Source of the DNA: a virus
Lineage: Duplodnaviria; Heunggongvirae; Uroviricota; Caudoviricetes
Strand: one strand, 5' to 3'
DNA: 64,000 bases
Virus record (IMG/VR): IMGVR_UViG_3300043436_002205
Shown: positions 34,593 to 44,578 of the stretch, piece by piece
Layout: each line of letters starts with the position of its first letter
Position numbering within the stretch: position 1 is the first letter of the stretch
Translations under genes and position numbers: made by a program
The notes under the pieces: generated by a model
What the model saw: the letters and a program-made list of their open reading frames with translations, nothing else
What the model was told of the DNA's origin: nothing
The model's database searches: none

Positions 34593-36455
34593 TTAAACAA
34601 GTGTACCGCTGCTAGTACCAGCGAGACCGTTTAAAAACTTTTGTCTTTCAATAGTTCTTCTCTGAACAAGAGCGCTCAAAGTAACGCCGCCAGCTTTTGA
34701 ATACTCTAACATCTTGGCCGCGATCGTGGCATTATCTCTTGTACCATTGGCCGTAAGTTCATTTATACTGCCAATGTTATAAGCAAAGCAAGTAAGAGCG
34801 TCTTTCGACTCTTGCGTCCAATTATAGTTACCCTTCTGATTTATCGTCTCAACGTTAACAATAAACTTCTGCAGGTTCTCGCTTAGAAGGCGTGTCGCCT
34901 CTTGCTCGGATATAGGTCCGGGTATCTTAGGCGGTTGACTTGAAGGACCAACACCACTGCCGTAACCAATCGACCATTGTCCGTAATCCTCGTACGGGTA
35001 CTCACTAAATCCTTCGAAAGATTTTACAAGCGTAAGAAGATCCATACTTGCGTTTGCCGATCCGGTATACTCTACCGCAGGATCTGCACCGCTAGCGCTA
35101 GAAGAAGAACCTCCACCACCTTCATCCTGGGATGCGTATCCAGCGGATCCAAGCGATGAACTGTTTCTATATTGAGTCGTGCTTGCACTCTTTGATGCAG
35201 GTTCTGGAAGCTCTGTACCCTCTGCAGCTACCGCAGTTGTTGCTACTGACGGGCTTACTGCAGATCCGTTAGCCATACTAACGTTGTCGTCTATATAAAC
35301 ATTAGAAGCATTAATGTCAACCCGAGACTGTCCGCCTATTCTAACAGTCTGAGCTCGAAGATGTCCTATGTCTTCTGCATTTAAGAATAGATTTGTTCCA
35401 GACTTAATATCAAGTCGGTCTGTTGATTGTATAGCTATAGCCTCACCAGACTTGACACTGATTGACTTTCCGCTCTCAATGTTGATTGCTCTGCTCGATT
35501 TTAAATTGATGTTCTCAACGTTAGCTTCAAAACGAAGCTTGGCGGCTCGCATCTGAACTTCTTCGCTTCCGTTTAAGTTCATCTGACCGGCAACAGATAA
35601 CAGATGGTTACCGTGAACGATCTGCATAAAGTCGCCTTCAACTTCTTCTACCTTATTTCCTTTTACGAGAACTCGGCTATCTCCCATGATAGTCACTTGA
35701 CTCTTACCACCAACATATACGTGTTGATGTGTATCGTTGACCTCGTACTTATCAGAGATTGACTTATGAACCGATGTGCCGTTCGAGTCAATAGATACGT
35801 ATGAACCTGATCTATGGAATATCGTAATTCTCTCTGCACCTGGAGTGTCATCAAGTTCTATCGAGTGGCTTGCCGTTTCAATAACTCTATTGTATGGATA
35901 CTGTGCGTTGTATGCTGGAGCTGGTTCTTCGAATGCAGGCGACGGATCATCGCTGTTCATCTTTGCGGTAGGCACGTCCTTTACACGGTTCAATTCTTGC
36001 AGAAGAACATATGTCTGATCTAGGTTCTCTCCTCTTTCGAGTCTCGAGTTTGACGGCTGGCCGTAATCGTCAGGAGTAGATCCTTTTGCGATTATACTTG
36101 AGTCACGACCAGGAACTGCGCCCCACCCGGTGACCGAAGGATTAATCACTTCGGTTAACTGTGTAGGTATAAGACCAAGGATCATAGGTTGCTGTGCATC
36201 ACGGCCATCAACAAAGAAGCCGAATACAAATGAGTTTATAGGAGGTAGAGGGGAGTTTGGATCGTAGCTACCGTATATAAGAGTAGCCCACGGCAGACTC
36301 TCGGTTGGTACCTGATCCACAGTTCCATGCACTCCGAAGGCACGGACCTGTACTCTCTTTTCAAGTCTCTCATCAACGTTGTTTTCTACAACTCCGATAA
36401 AGAAGAGCGGCTCGTATAACCCAACACCAGTCTCTCTCATTCTGTTGTACTCCAA
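34593..36455 (-). CDS. gp5: Baseplate hub/tail lysozyme gp5-like
   Basis: Gp5 OB N-terminus (FIGVVENNVDERL..RVQVRAFG), YPYNRVIET.SH.IELDDTPGAERI, C-terminal GH24-like SFEG...D..WSIGYG. Confidence 0.9.
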   Translation of the reverse strand: MEYNRMRETGVGLYEPLFFIGVVENNVDERLEKRVQVRAFGVHGTVDQVPTESLPWATLIYGSYDPNSPLPPINSFVFGFFVDGRDAQQPMILGLIPTQLTEVINPSVTGWGAVPGRDSSIIAKGSTPDDYGQPSNSRLERGENLDQTYVLLQELNRVKDVPTAKMNSDDPSPAFEEPAPAYNAQYPYNRVIETASHSIELDDTPGAERITIFHRSGSYVSIDSNGTSVHKSISDKYEVNDTHQHVYVGGKSQVTIMGDSRVLVKGNKVEEVEGDFMQIVHGNHLLSVAGQMNLNGSEEVQMRAAKLRFEANVENINLKSSRAINIESGKSISVKSGEAIAIQSTDRLDIKSGTNLFLNAEDIGHLRAQTVRIGGQSRVDINASNVYIDDNVSMANGSAVSPSVATTAVAAEGTELPEPASKSASTTQYRNSSSLGSAGYASQDEGGGGSSSSASGADPAVEYTGSANASMDLLTLVKSFEGFSEYPYEDYGQWSIGYGSGVGPSSQPPKIPGPISEQEATRLLSENLQKFIVNVETINQKGNYNWTQESKDALTCFAYNIGSINELTANGTRDNATIAAKMLEYSKAGGVTLSALVQRRTIERQKFLNGLAGTSSGTLV

Positions 36456-37723
36456 TCATACTTAACAAGTTTCATATCAGTCTGATGTATGTCTTTATTA
36501 AAGACATGCGTTAGATCATTTATCATATAGTAGCCGGATAGCTGTCTATTCTGCTGCGGGTTAGGCGACATCTTAAACTCAGGAATCTTAATGTTAACGA
36601 TATCACCAACACTGAAATCAAGGCGGCCATGCGCCTTCGCGTACACGATAGTGTGATTTAAGTGATGGCGATATGCAAGACGGTTAGATACTATCTCAGG
36701 AATGAACTGATCACCTCTCAGTTGCTGAGTGCCCGAGTCGTCATAGTCCCGTATGACGATATATCTTCTTTCATTCTCAGGAGTAAAGTATCCGTTTATG
36801 AATTCGTCCGTATGAGAGTCTTCACCCTCTCCCTTTCCTGACACGGACATGTACTTCTTCTTGGCATCCTGATAGTTATACTCATACTTATTTGACTTGC
36901 CAGGGAGTGTAACTTGTCTCTTTATGAGGTCGATCTCAATTACGTTGCTACGATAGGAACCGGACGCGAGATCCATCGCGGTGTTGACTCTATCTGAGTT
37001 TCTTATCTCAACGAGGTTCTTCATCTGAGCGAGAAACGCTGTACCAGACTTGTCTACTGCATCACTAAATGTAAACTCTTTAATCTCTTCTTTATTCTCA
37101 AGGAAGCGATTGATAAGATACTCGTCAGATACGAAGTAGTAGTTATCAGATGTTTCAAAAAAACGGAAAGAGCACGACGGACTCTTTCGACTGTATGCTC
37201 TGTTTGCAAGAAAGTTCATAGTTTGCATAGGAGTATAGTTTGGAACGATGCAACGGAATAATCCAATCGTATCTTCGAGAATGAGCTGTTTAGGTCCTAC
37301 ATAGTAGTTTTGAAACACGTTTTCTACTATATTAGAAATCGTATCGTTAAACGGTTCGATAATTCTTCGAAACATTGCTTCAAACGAATACTTAGACATA
37401 AAGTGTATTTTATAAGTAAGACCATCGTTCGTCTTTTTAATATTCACATCTGTGATTTTGTATATCGCAAACTCATGCGTTACTTTATTCTTTAGCGAGT
37501 CTTCGATTTGAATCGTAAGGAGTTCTTCTCCTCTTAAAGGAAGATCTTCTAACAGACCGATATTGTCATACACAGATGCAGTTCCACGTATGCTATCCTT
37601 ATCAAGAGACTCTTCTATCGTAAACTCTGGAATTAAGCTAAGTATCTCTATGCCGTCGCCGTTCAGCGGCGTGACTACCGCTGAGATAAGCTTATAGTAA
37701 CCAGGTAAAACAAATCCACTCAT
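36437..37723 (-). CDS. Baseplate hub protein (gp27-like)
   Basis: Position between gp53 and gp5; hub-like motifs FRFFET, DFSVGDIV, LSGYYMI..LTH. Confidence 0.6.
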   Translation of the reverse strand: MSGFVLPGYYKLISAVVTPLNGDGIEILSLIPEFTIEESLDKDSIRGTASVYDNIGLLEDLPLRGEELLTIQIEDSLKNKVTHEFAIYKITDVNIKKTNDGLTYKIHFMSKYSFEAMFRRIIEPFNDTISNIVENVFQNYYVGPKQLILEDTIGLFRCIVPNYTPMQTMNFLANRAYSRKSPSCSFRFFETSDNYYFVSDEYLINRFLENKEEIKEFTFSDAVDKSGTAFLAQMKNLVEIRNSDRVNTAMDLASGSYRSNVIEIDLIKRQVTLPGKSNKYEYNYQDAKKKYMSVSGKGEGEDSHTDEFINGYFTPENERRYIVIRDYDDSGTQQLRGDQFIPEIVSNRLAYRHHLNHTIVYAKAHGRLDFSVGDIVNIKIPEFKMSPNPQQNRQLSGYYMINDLTHVFNKDIHQTDMKLVKYDWSTTE

Positions 37724-37971
37724 CTTATCTTGTCTTCAATCTCTTTTTCGATCTGCGATAGGTATACACGATCAACGAGTTGTATATTTCTCTTATTATC
37801 GTTTAATGCCTGTTCGTATTCGTAAACGCGATAAGGAACCCATTCAGCAGGAATGATACGCTTAATTACGATACGTCTTCCAGCTTCTGTTCTTAGGATT
37901 ACACGATCTTCTTTACGAAGAAAGATAGTTCGAAAACTATCTGGTGCAAGTCTAATAAAATCAACTGCCAT
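37720..37971 (-). CDS. C-terminal half of a split gp53
   Basis: PYRVYEYEQALNDNKRNIQLV matches the gp53 C-terminal motif; GAGGT SD. Confidence 0.65.
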   Translation of the reverse strand: MAVDFIRLAPDSFRTIFLRKEDRVILRTEAGRRIVIKRIIPAEWVPYRVYEYEQALNDNKRNIQLVDRVYLSQIEKEIEDKIR

Positions 37972-37973
37972 GT

Positions 37974-38360
37974 TTATACCTCTTTATAGTAATAGACTAT
38001 ATTGTCGCCAAATGCATCCGTAGTATCACGCGCCCAGTCTATCACTTCGTATCCTGTTTTTCCTGATTTCTCAGCATACTTATCGATTAGATAATTATGG
38101 AACGTATCTTCATCCATAGGCCAATCGTGATACGGGTCAATGATATTATTTGATAGATACACGAGCCATGCATAGTTCGGATCGCCGTAGTAATGATAGG
38201 CGATGTCTTCTGCGCGATCGCCTTCTTCTATCGTATAGGGAAGAAACGCGTACGGGTTTTCTATCGACTGTTTAAGAAAGTTAACTCGTCTTGTGATATC
38301 TCTCACAAGAACGTTGTTATATCTTACCTCTGGTAGTTTTTGAAAATATTCGCCGCTCAT
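37974..38360 (-). CDS. gp53: Baseplate wedge gp53, N-terminal half
   Basis: YTIEEGDRAEDIAYHYYGDPNYAWLVYLSNNIIDPYHDWP. Confidence 0.85.
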   Translation of the reverse strand: MSGEYFQKLPEVRYNNVLVRDITRRVNFLKQSIENPYAFLPYTIEEGDRAEDIAYHYYGDPNYAWLVYLSNNIIDPYHDWPMDEDTFHNYLIDKYAEKSGKTGYEVIDWARDTTDAFGDNIVYYYKEV

Positions 38361-38362
38361 TT

Positions 38363-39322
38363 TTATCTTTCATCTATGCTAGTTTGTACAACAGACGGTG
38401 AAAATGTTGAAGCACCACCATAATCTTCTGCGGTATGGATGTCAGCTTCAACGAGATTCATGCTCAAACTAACCATTGCTGGCTTTCCACCCTTTACGAT
38501 AGCTAGGCCGTGTGGAGTATAGCTCACGTTAAATCCCTGTATCATGGATGTCTTAAAGTACATATAGTACTGCTGGTCTACGCCCAGTAGGAATATATCT
38601 ACGGTGCTTGGATAGTTTAAGAGAGCTTGTGAAAATCCAACGGCGGTGCCGTATGTCGGTAGCATGTTTCGCTTAATCGTATTCGTTATATCACGTATTA
38701 CATCGGATTCCCGAGCGTCTTGTGGAGCTAGGTTCCAATCAAACGTTAGTTGCTTTAAGTTAACACCATCAAAGTAGAGTGATGTCTTTGGGTTAATAGT
38801 GTTTCCTAGTCCAGTGTCAACAGCTCTTCCTAGATTAGAAGGAAGGCTTCTTCTTCCGAGAAACGCAACGTTTCTAGATATATCACCCATGTTAGGAGAT
38901 AGTATAGAGTTTGCATCCAATCCAGAACCACTAAGCACACCGCCGAGCGCAGTAGCGATGTTTCCTGAGCTCAAGTCTCCAGCGCCTGCAAATTGAGATG
39001 CTGCTCCGGCAACTAGAGCACCACTGAGTTCTGCGTCGTATCCTTGAACACGAACGTTGTATGAATCTTGAAGATTTACCGGCAGCGGTAGTTCTATTGT
39101 GGTCTTTCCAGCAGGAGTTGGACCGGTGACGTTACCTCTTCCGGTACTTCCTAGTTTGTTCAATCCTCTTTGACCCGGAGCTACATACTTATACTGATTG
39201 AAAACCATCAGCATTCTATGAGCACCCTGATTATGAATAGGGAACCTTAAGCTCTGTATTGTTGCAGAAGCTTTACTTGTTCTGATGGCTGGCTGCGGAA
39301 AGTCGTTTATATTTCCCAACAC
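38363..39322 (-). CDS. gp48: Baseplate tail-tube cap gp48
   Basis: NPK.SLYFDGVNLKQLTFDWNLAP...ESDVIRDI...MLP; YPS. Confidence 0.85.
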   Translation of the reverse strand: MLGNINDFPQPAIRTSKASATIQSLRFPIHNQGAHRMLMVFNQYKYVAPGQRGLNKLGSTGRGNVTGPTPAGKTTIELPLPVNLQDSYNVRVQGYDAELSGALVAGAASQFAGAGDLSSGNIATALGGVLSGSGLDANSILSPNMGDISRNVAFLGRRSLPSNLGRAVDTGLGNTINPKTSLYFDGVNLKQLTFDWNLAPQDARESDVIRDITNTIKRNMLPTYGTAVGFSQALLNYPSTVDIFLLGVDQQYYMYFKTSMIQGFNVSYTPHGLAIVKGGKPAMVSLSMNLVEADIHTAEDYGGASTFSPSVVQTSIDER

Positions 39323-39332
39323 GCGTTTCCTT

Positions 39333-39340
39333 TATAAATA
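39333..39340 (+). promoter_or_regulatory. Late promoter TATAAATA for the gp4-gp29 operon
   Basis: Exact consensus at the strand switch. Confidence 0.75.
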
Positions 39341-39357
39341 GGATATGAGATTGATTC

Positions 39358-39365
39358 TATTTATA
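39358..39365 (-). promoter_or_regulatory. Late promoter TATAAATA for the gp48 operon
   Basis: Exact consensus on the minus strand at the strand switch. Confidence 0.75.
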
Positions 39366-39381
39366 TTGAAAACGGAAAGAC

Positions 39382-39840
39382 ATGTCCTACAAAGGCCGAT
39401 TTAGACCAAAACACCCAGAGAAGTACAACGGCGATCCGACTAAAATTACATATCGTTCGTTATGGGAATTTAAATTCTTTCGTCACCTTGATGAACATCC
39501 TGACGTATTATGGTGGGCTTCTGAAGAATACATTGTTCCATACGTGTCGCCGGTAGATGGAAGAATGCATCGTTATTTTCCAGACGTCGTTTTAAGGAAA
39601 AAGAACGCAAGCGGAACTACCGAGACATTAATGATAGAGATAAAACCCAAGGCTCAAACAAAGCCACCGGATATAAGGAAAAAGAATGCGACGCCATCCG
39701 GCAGAGTTTCAAGAAGGTACATCAACGAAGTGAAGACCTACGGTGTAAACGAAGCAAAATGGATAGCAGCAAGAAAGTTCTGCGCCGAAAAGGGTTGGCA
39801 GTTTCAAATCATAACCGAAGATCATTTAGGAATTAAGTAA
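39382..39840 (+). CDS. gp4: Head completion nuclease gp4
   Basis: YKGRFRPKHPEKY.GD...YRSLWE; HRYFPD; IEIKP. Confidence 0.95.
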   Translation: MSYKGRFRPKHPEKYNGDPTKITYRSLWEFKFFRHLDEHPDVLWWASEEYIVPYVSPVDGRMHRYFPDVVLRKKNASGTTETLMIEIKPKAQTKPPDIRKKNATPSGRVSRRYINEVKTYGVNEAKWIAARKFCAEKGWQFQIITEDHLGIK

Positions 39841-39841
39841 G

Positions 39842-40459
39842 ATGGCAGCAAAGGTTTTTGACGATCTTCTCCTAAAGGGAATTCGTTCCGGCCAAGTTCC
39901 TGCGAGAACAAAGGCTGCTCGTGATTGGTATCGCGACCAAGCAAACGGCATTGCAAGATCTGAGTTTAGAGATAAAGAATTAAAATTCGTACGTGAAATG
40001 GGAACTGACCGATACGAAAACAGATTTCGCATCGGTCATATGTACATGTTTGTGTATGATCCAAAGCACAAAGAAACACTTCCTTATTACGATAGGTTTC
40101 CTCTTATATTCCCGATAAATAAAGCAAAGGGCGGGTTCCTTGGCATTAACTTTCACTACTTGCCGCTGCCACAAAGAGCTAAATTAATGGATGCGTTATA
40201 TAATGTCACATCAAATGATAACTTTGACGAAACAACTAAACTAAGGGCTTCATATAGTTTATTGAATGGTGCTTCTCAATACAAAGAGTTCAGGCCGACC
40301 GTGAAACACTACCTAGCGTCACAAGTAAGAACGAGACTTGTGTACATCAATCCAGCTGAGTGGGACATGGCACTTTTCTTGCCGACAGAAAACTTCGTTG
40401 GAGCAAGTAAGACTAAAGTCTGGGAAGACTCAAGAAAGATCATAAGAGGCGGAAGATAA
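39842..40459 (+). CDS. gp2: DNA end protector gp2
   Basis: MYMFVYDPKHKETLPYYDRFPLI; GINFHYLP. Confidence 0.95.
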   Translation: MAAKVFDDLLLKGIRSGQVPARTKAARDWYRDQANGIARSEFRDKELKFVREMGTDRYENRFRIGHMYMFVYDPKHKETLPYYDRFPLIFPINKAKGGFLGINFHYLPLPQRAKLMDALYNVTSNDNFDETTKLRASYSLLNGASQYKEFRPTVKHYLASQVRTRLVYINPAEWDMALFLPTENFVGASKTKVWEDSRKIIRGGR

Positions 40460-41257
40460 ATGCCATTCAATATAAACGAGTTTAAGAGCACAATGAATAA
40501 GTACGGTGGACCAGCCCGTAAGAATTTGTTTGTTGTTGAGATTATGAACGTGCCGCCATTTAATAACGGAATGTCTCTGCGTGATTTAAGATTCTTTTGT
40601 CAAACTGCGCAGGCGCCTGGAGTAAACGTTGCGGTCACTGATAACTTTCCAAACGGGTTCGGCGTAAGACAATCCATCCCAACACAGATGACGCACTCGC
40701 CATTTAATGCAGTCTTTATGTTGGACTCGGATCATCAAGTATTGCGCTTTTTTCACCAATGGTTACAAAGTGTTATAAACTTTGACTATACTAGAGGTGG
40801 GTATAATTCAGTTAACGATCAGCTTCCGTATGAAGTTGGGTACGTAAAGGACATATCGACTCGTATTGTAATACGAAGCTATAGCACAGACTCAAACGGT
40901 TACTATGAGTATGTTCTCGAGGACGCGTTTCCAACAGAGATATCTGGAGAAACTCTATCTTGGTCAGACACCGATTCATACGCAACAGCTACAGTCAACT
41001 TTGCATACTCGCATCTAAGTGTATCTGGTTTTAAACCAGGTACTTACTCTGAAAGAAATAATAGAGGAAACGGCTTCTTAGAACTAATCAACAGAATTGG
41101 CACAACAGGTCAACTTATAAACCAAGGTAACCTGCCGACTTCTGTTCAAGATGCAATTAACTCATTCACTAATTTTAACACAAAGCTCATAAATGTGAAC
41201 AATTCATTGTCTCAGATAAAAACCGGTCTGAGCAATATTGGAAATATTTTTAGATAA
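40460..41257 (+). CDS. gp54: Tail tube initiator gp54 (gp19-like fold)
   Basis: GPARKNLF, FHQW, LEDAFP...LSW...VNFAY. Confidence 0.7.
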   Translation: MPFNINEFKSTMNKYGGPARKNLFVVEIMNVPPFNNGMSLRDLRFFCQTAQAPGVNVAVTDNFPNGFGVRQSIPTQMTHSPFNAVFMLDSDHQVLRFFHQWLQSVINFDYTRGGYNSVNDQLPYEVGYVKDISTRIVIRSYSTDSNGYYEYVLEDAFPTEISGETLSWSDTDSYATATVNFAYSHLSVSGFKPGTYSERNNRGNGFLELINRIGTTGQLINQGNLPTSVQDAINSFTNFNTKLINVNNSLSQIKTGLSNIGNIFR

Positions 41258-41272
41258 TAAGGAGACTATGAT

Positions 41273-41974
41273 ATGGCGCTACCTAAGATTACCCTACCTA
41301 TATACGAACTTAAACTTCCGTCGAACGATAAGAAAGTTAAGTTTAGACCCTTCACTGTAAAGGAAGAAAAGATACTTCTCATCGCTCAAGAGACTCAAGA
41401 TCCGGCACAGATTATAAACTCAGTGAAACAAGTCGTGAATAACTGTTTAATTGATTACGACATCGAAGATCTTGCGTTGTTTGATCTAGAGTATCTTCTT
41501 ATTAATATAAGAGCGAAGTCGATCGATAACATCGTAAAGTTTAAGATCGAAGATCCGGATACAAAAGACGAGGTGCAGCTCGAATTGGATCTAAATAACG
41601 TTAAGGTAGAAAGAGACGATAAACATACGAATAGAATAAAACTTAATGACACATATACTCTATTCTTAAAGTATCCTAGCATAGATGTATTCTTTGACTT
41701 CTTAACGCAAGAGAAACCAAGCGCTGAAAAGAACTTAGAAATAATGCTATCTTGCATGGATAGATTAGTATCAGAAGAAGAAGTGTATAACTTTAAAGAC
41801 TTTACGAAAAAAGAAGTAGACACTTTTGTTGAGAGTCTTCACGCAGATTCCGTTAAGAAGCTTAAAGAATTCTTTGATACAATTCCTAAGATAAGACACG
41901 AGATACCGTATAGAAATAGAGCAGGCGAAGATAAGACTTTCGTAATACAAGGAACCCAAACTTTTTTTATCTAA
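41273..41974 (+). CDS. gp26: Baseplate hub subunit gp26
   Basis: MALPKI..PIYELKLPS..VKFRPFTVKEEKILL; IRAKS. Confidence 0.95.
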   Translation: MALPKITLPIYELKLPSNDKKVKFRPFTVKEEKILLIAQETQDPAQIINSVKQVVNNCLIDYDIEDLALFDLEYLLINIRAKSIDNIVKFKIEDPDTKDEVQLELDLNNVKVERDDKHTNRIKLNDTYTLFLKYPSIDVFFDFLTQEKPSAEKNLEIMLSCMDRLVSEEEVYNFKDFTKKEVDTFVESLHADSVKKLKEFFDTIPKIRHEIPYRNRAGEDKTFVIQGTQTFFI

Positions 41975-42141
41975 TGTTGAGTCATACAAACCTGTCCATA
42001 TATTATAATAAGATGTTTGGTATGGTTCAACACCACAAATACAGTATGTTTGATATTGAAAGTTCTATGCCTTTTGAAAGAGATCTATACTACGATCTTT
42101 TAGTGGACTACATTAAGAAAGAAGAAGAAAAGAGAAAGTAG
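41974..42141 (+). CDS. gp51: Baseplate hub assembly protein gp51, 55 aa (missed by the track)
   Basis: MLSHTNL..YY...FGMVQHHKYS..DIE..MPFERDLY; TAATG overlap. Confidence 0.9.
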   Translation: MLSHTNLSIYYNKMFGMVQHHKYSMFDIESSMPFERDLYYDLLVDYIKKEEEKRK

Positions 42142-42149
42142 GCCAAGAC

Positions 42150-44018
42150 ATGGCAACATTAGACGACCTAAAAATAGTCCTAGAATCTATTAACACGAAC
42201 ATCTCTGGTCAGAGCTCCGTGTTGTCAAACATACTTGTTTTACAGCAAGGTATGTCTGCATCGCAACAAAGGGCATCACAGCTTGGGAGCGCAAATAGAA
42301 GCTCTTTAGGTGGAGCTTTATCTGGGATTGGCAGTATAGGAACTGGTATAGGCAGCGCAGTATCTAGTGTTGGTAATGTAGCATCGGGGATTGGAAGCGG
42401 AATAGGAAGCGCTGCGTCTGGCATCGGCATGGGTGTTGGGGCAGCTGGTCTTGGTATCGGTGCATTGCTAGCTGGTGGGGGTTATTTTTTACAAGCGCTT
42501 GAAGATTTTGATGGTGCAAAAGTAAAAGAAAACGTATTAGAGCTTTTCTCTATTTCTGAATCCTTCTCGGCTGGAATGTTACAGTTCTTTGCAGAAGGTG
42601 GCTTATTTGCAGCTGCAATGACAGGTATCGGTATAGGTTTAGCATCGTTCGGAGTTGGTAGTGCAGCGGCCGGATTGGCTGACGCCTTAAATAATTACTT
42701 AGGTGTAGATAACTGGGCTCAGAGTGTAAAAGATAATGTATTAACTCTACTATCAATTTCTGACGCCGCTGGAGGCAATATAGATTTTCTTCTTACAGGC
42801 GGAACGTTTGGTTTGGCGATGACTGGGCTGGCTCTCGGTCTTGCAGCATTCGGCATTGGCAGTGGAATTGCTGGCATTGGCGAAGTGCTTGCGCGGTTCG
42901 GCGGTGGAGAAGAGTGGGCGCAAAATACCAAGAATAACGTCCTAACATTACTATCTATTTCTGATTCTCTTGGTGGTAAACTAGAATCATTCGGTGAAAC
43001 CGGTACTTTCCTGGCAGTCATGAGTGGTATCGCAGCAGGTCTTGCATTGTTTGGGGCAGGTTCGGCTGGCGTAGGTATAGCAGAATTAATAAACAACACA
43101 GACTGGGCGCAAAAGATCAAAGACGACGTTGGAATATTAATGTCGATAGAAGATTCTCTTGGCGGCACAACTGAAGCATTCGGTGAAACTGGTACGTTCC
43201 TAGCAGCCATGACTGGCATAGGAACAGGTCTTGCAGTCTTTAGTGCAGGTAGTGCGATTTCAGGCCTGTCTGCCTTAATGAATGATGAAGATTGGGCACT
43301 TAAGATCAAGAGTGACGTGCTTGCGCTTCTTTCTATTGGCGACTCACTTCCTGGAGATGATACTTTTATTGGAGAAAGCAGCAAGTTTTTCTTATCGATG
43401 GTTGGTATTGGCGCTGGTCTTACAGCATTTGCCGCAGGTAACTTTGTAGGAACGATGGCCAACGCGGTCACGGCTGTCCTTTCATTCTTCGGTGTTGATA
43501 GCCCATTTGAACAGCTCATGAAATTGGCGGATAATGCCGATGAGCTTACTCAAGGAGCAGACGCATTAGATAGATTGACCGTATCTCTAGATAAGATCGG
43601 CCAACTTCAGTTTGATGGGAAAAAACTTAGAATAAGAGAGTTTGCTGAAGATCTTAAGGAAGCAGTTCCTATTATAGAAGCCGCGATCATGGGAGAAGAA
43701 GGCGGATATATCTTTGGCGCCGCGATCAAAGGGCTAGCTTCTCCGGATGTTGATTACGATACTGCTATTAAGAATATCGTAATGTTAAGACAAGCTCTCT
43801 CGGGTGTTGTCTCAGAAGATACCGTAAGTGGTATAGCAACTGTGAATGGCGCTGGAGCAGGCGGCGGTGCTCAGCAAGTTAATGTCAATGTAGACAATAG
43901 CGATAACAGTGTAACCAGTTCAAGCATTAACGGTGGAAGCCCTGCAACAACCGTGAATGTGATTGGGTCTAGCAGATCCGATCTAGACTTTCTATCACGC
44001 CCATCCGGCGCGCAATAA
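42150..44018 (+). CDS. Tail tape-measure protein (gp29-like)
   Basis: 622 aa, Gly/Ala-rich amphipathic repeats; follows gp26-gp51. Confidence 0.7.
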   Translation: MATLDDLKIVLESINTNISGQSSVLSNILVLQQGMSASQQRASQLGSANRSSLGGALSGIGSIGTGIGSAVSSVGNVASGIGSGIGSAASGIGMGVGAAGLGIGALLAGGGYFLQALEDFDGAKVKENVLELFSISESFSAGMLQFFAEGGLFAAAMTGIGIGLASFGVGSAAAGLADALNNYLGVDNWAQSVKDNVLTLLSISDAAGGNIDFLLTGGTFGLAMTGLALGLAAFGIGSGIAGIGEVLARFGGGEEWAQNTKNNVLTLLSISDSLGGKLESFGETGTFLAVMSGIAAGLALFGAGSAGVGIAELINNTDWAQKIKDDVGILMSIEDSLGGTTEAFGETGTFLAAMTGIGTGLAVFSAGSAISGLSALMNDEDWALKIKSDVLALLSIGDSLPGDDTFIGESSKFFLSMVGIGAGLTAFAAGNFVGTMANAVTAVLSFFGVDSPFEQLMKLADNADELTQGADALDRLTVSLDKIGQLQFDGKKLRIREFAEDLKEAVPIIEAAIMGEEGGYIFGAAIKGLASPDVDYDTAIKNIVMLRQALSGVVSEDTVSGIATVNGAGAGGGAQQVNVNVDNSDNSVTSSSINGGSPATTVNVIGSSRSDLDFLSRPSGAQ

Positions 44019-44043
44019 AAAAGGGAGCTTTCGCTCCCTTTTT
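44017..44043. terminator. Bidirectional rho-independent terminator
   Basis: AAAAAAGGGAGC-TTTC-GCTCCCTTTTT between convergent genes. Confidence 0.9.
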
Positions 44044-44046
44044 CAT

Positions 44047-44493
44047 TCACTCTAAAAGAAGTTCTTTATTACTTGCAATTGGAATTTTCTTTGGTTTCTT
44101 TTCCTCAGGTATCACGTTGAGCAATTGAACTCTGAGCATACCGTTCTCAAGAGATACACTGCTTACTTCAATCGTGTCCGCTAGAGTAAACTTACGAATA
44201 AAGCTTCTTGCTGCGATCCCTTTATGAAGGTAGTTCGTGACTGTTTCGTTTTCGGCGACTTCAGCACGAATAGTAAGAATACTGTTATGCAGTTCTACGT
44301 CAAAGTCTTTCTCGTTAAAACCTGCGACAGCAAGTTCAATTAGAAATGTATCTTCGCCCGTTTTAATTAAATTGTATGGTGGATAGTTTGATGCATTGGA
44401 TTTATTAATTTGATCGAACTTATCTAAGAACGAGTCAAAACCAATGAAGAATGGATCATTTAATAGATCTAGGTTTATTCTACGAGTATTCAT
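44047..44493 (-). CDS. hsp20: Small heat-shock protein Hsp20 (IbpA-like)
   Basis: DPFFIGFD, NYPPYNLI, IELAVAGF, YLHKGIAARSF, LENGML. Confidence 0.95.
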   Translation of the reverse strand: MNTRRINLDLLNDPFFIGFDSFLDKFDQINKSNASNYPPYNLIKTGEDTFLIELAVAGFNEKDFDVELHNSILTIRAEVAENETVTNYLHKGIAARSFIRKFTLADTIEVSSVSLENGMLRVQLLNVIPEEKKPKKIPIASNKELLLE

Positions 44494-44575
44494 ATCTTTC
44501 TCCTTATTAAAGCGAGTTGTGTTTAACCGTCATCTGACCGGTTTATAAAAGCGGAGACCCGATTGGCATCTCCGC
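44491..44575 (-). promoter_or_regulatory. ROSE-like RNA thermometer candidate in the hsp20 5' UTR
   Basis: Three hairpins; the last, CUCGCUU-UAAU-AAGGAG, pairs the SD with a bulged G of a UCGCU motif. Confidence 0.6.
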
Positions 44576-44578
44576 ATT

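Noticed and set aside
42719-43519. 266-aa minus-strand ORF antisense to the tape measure
   Set aside because: Mirror of Gly/Ala-rich codons; no independent signals.
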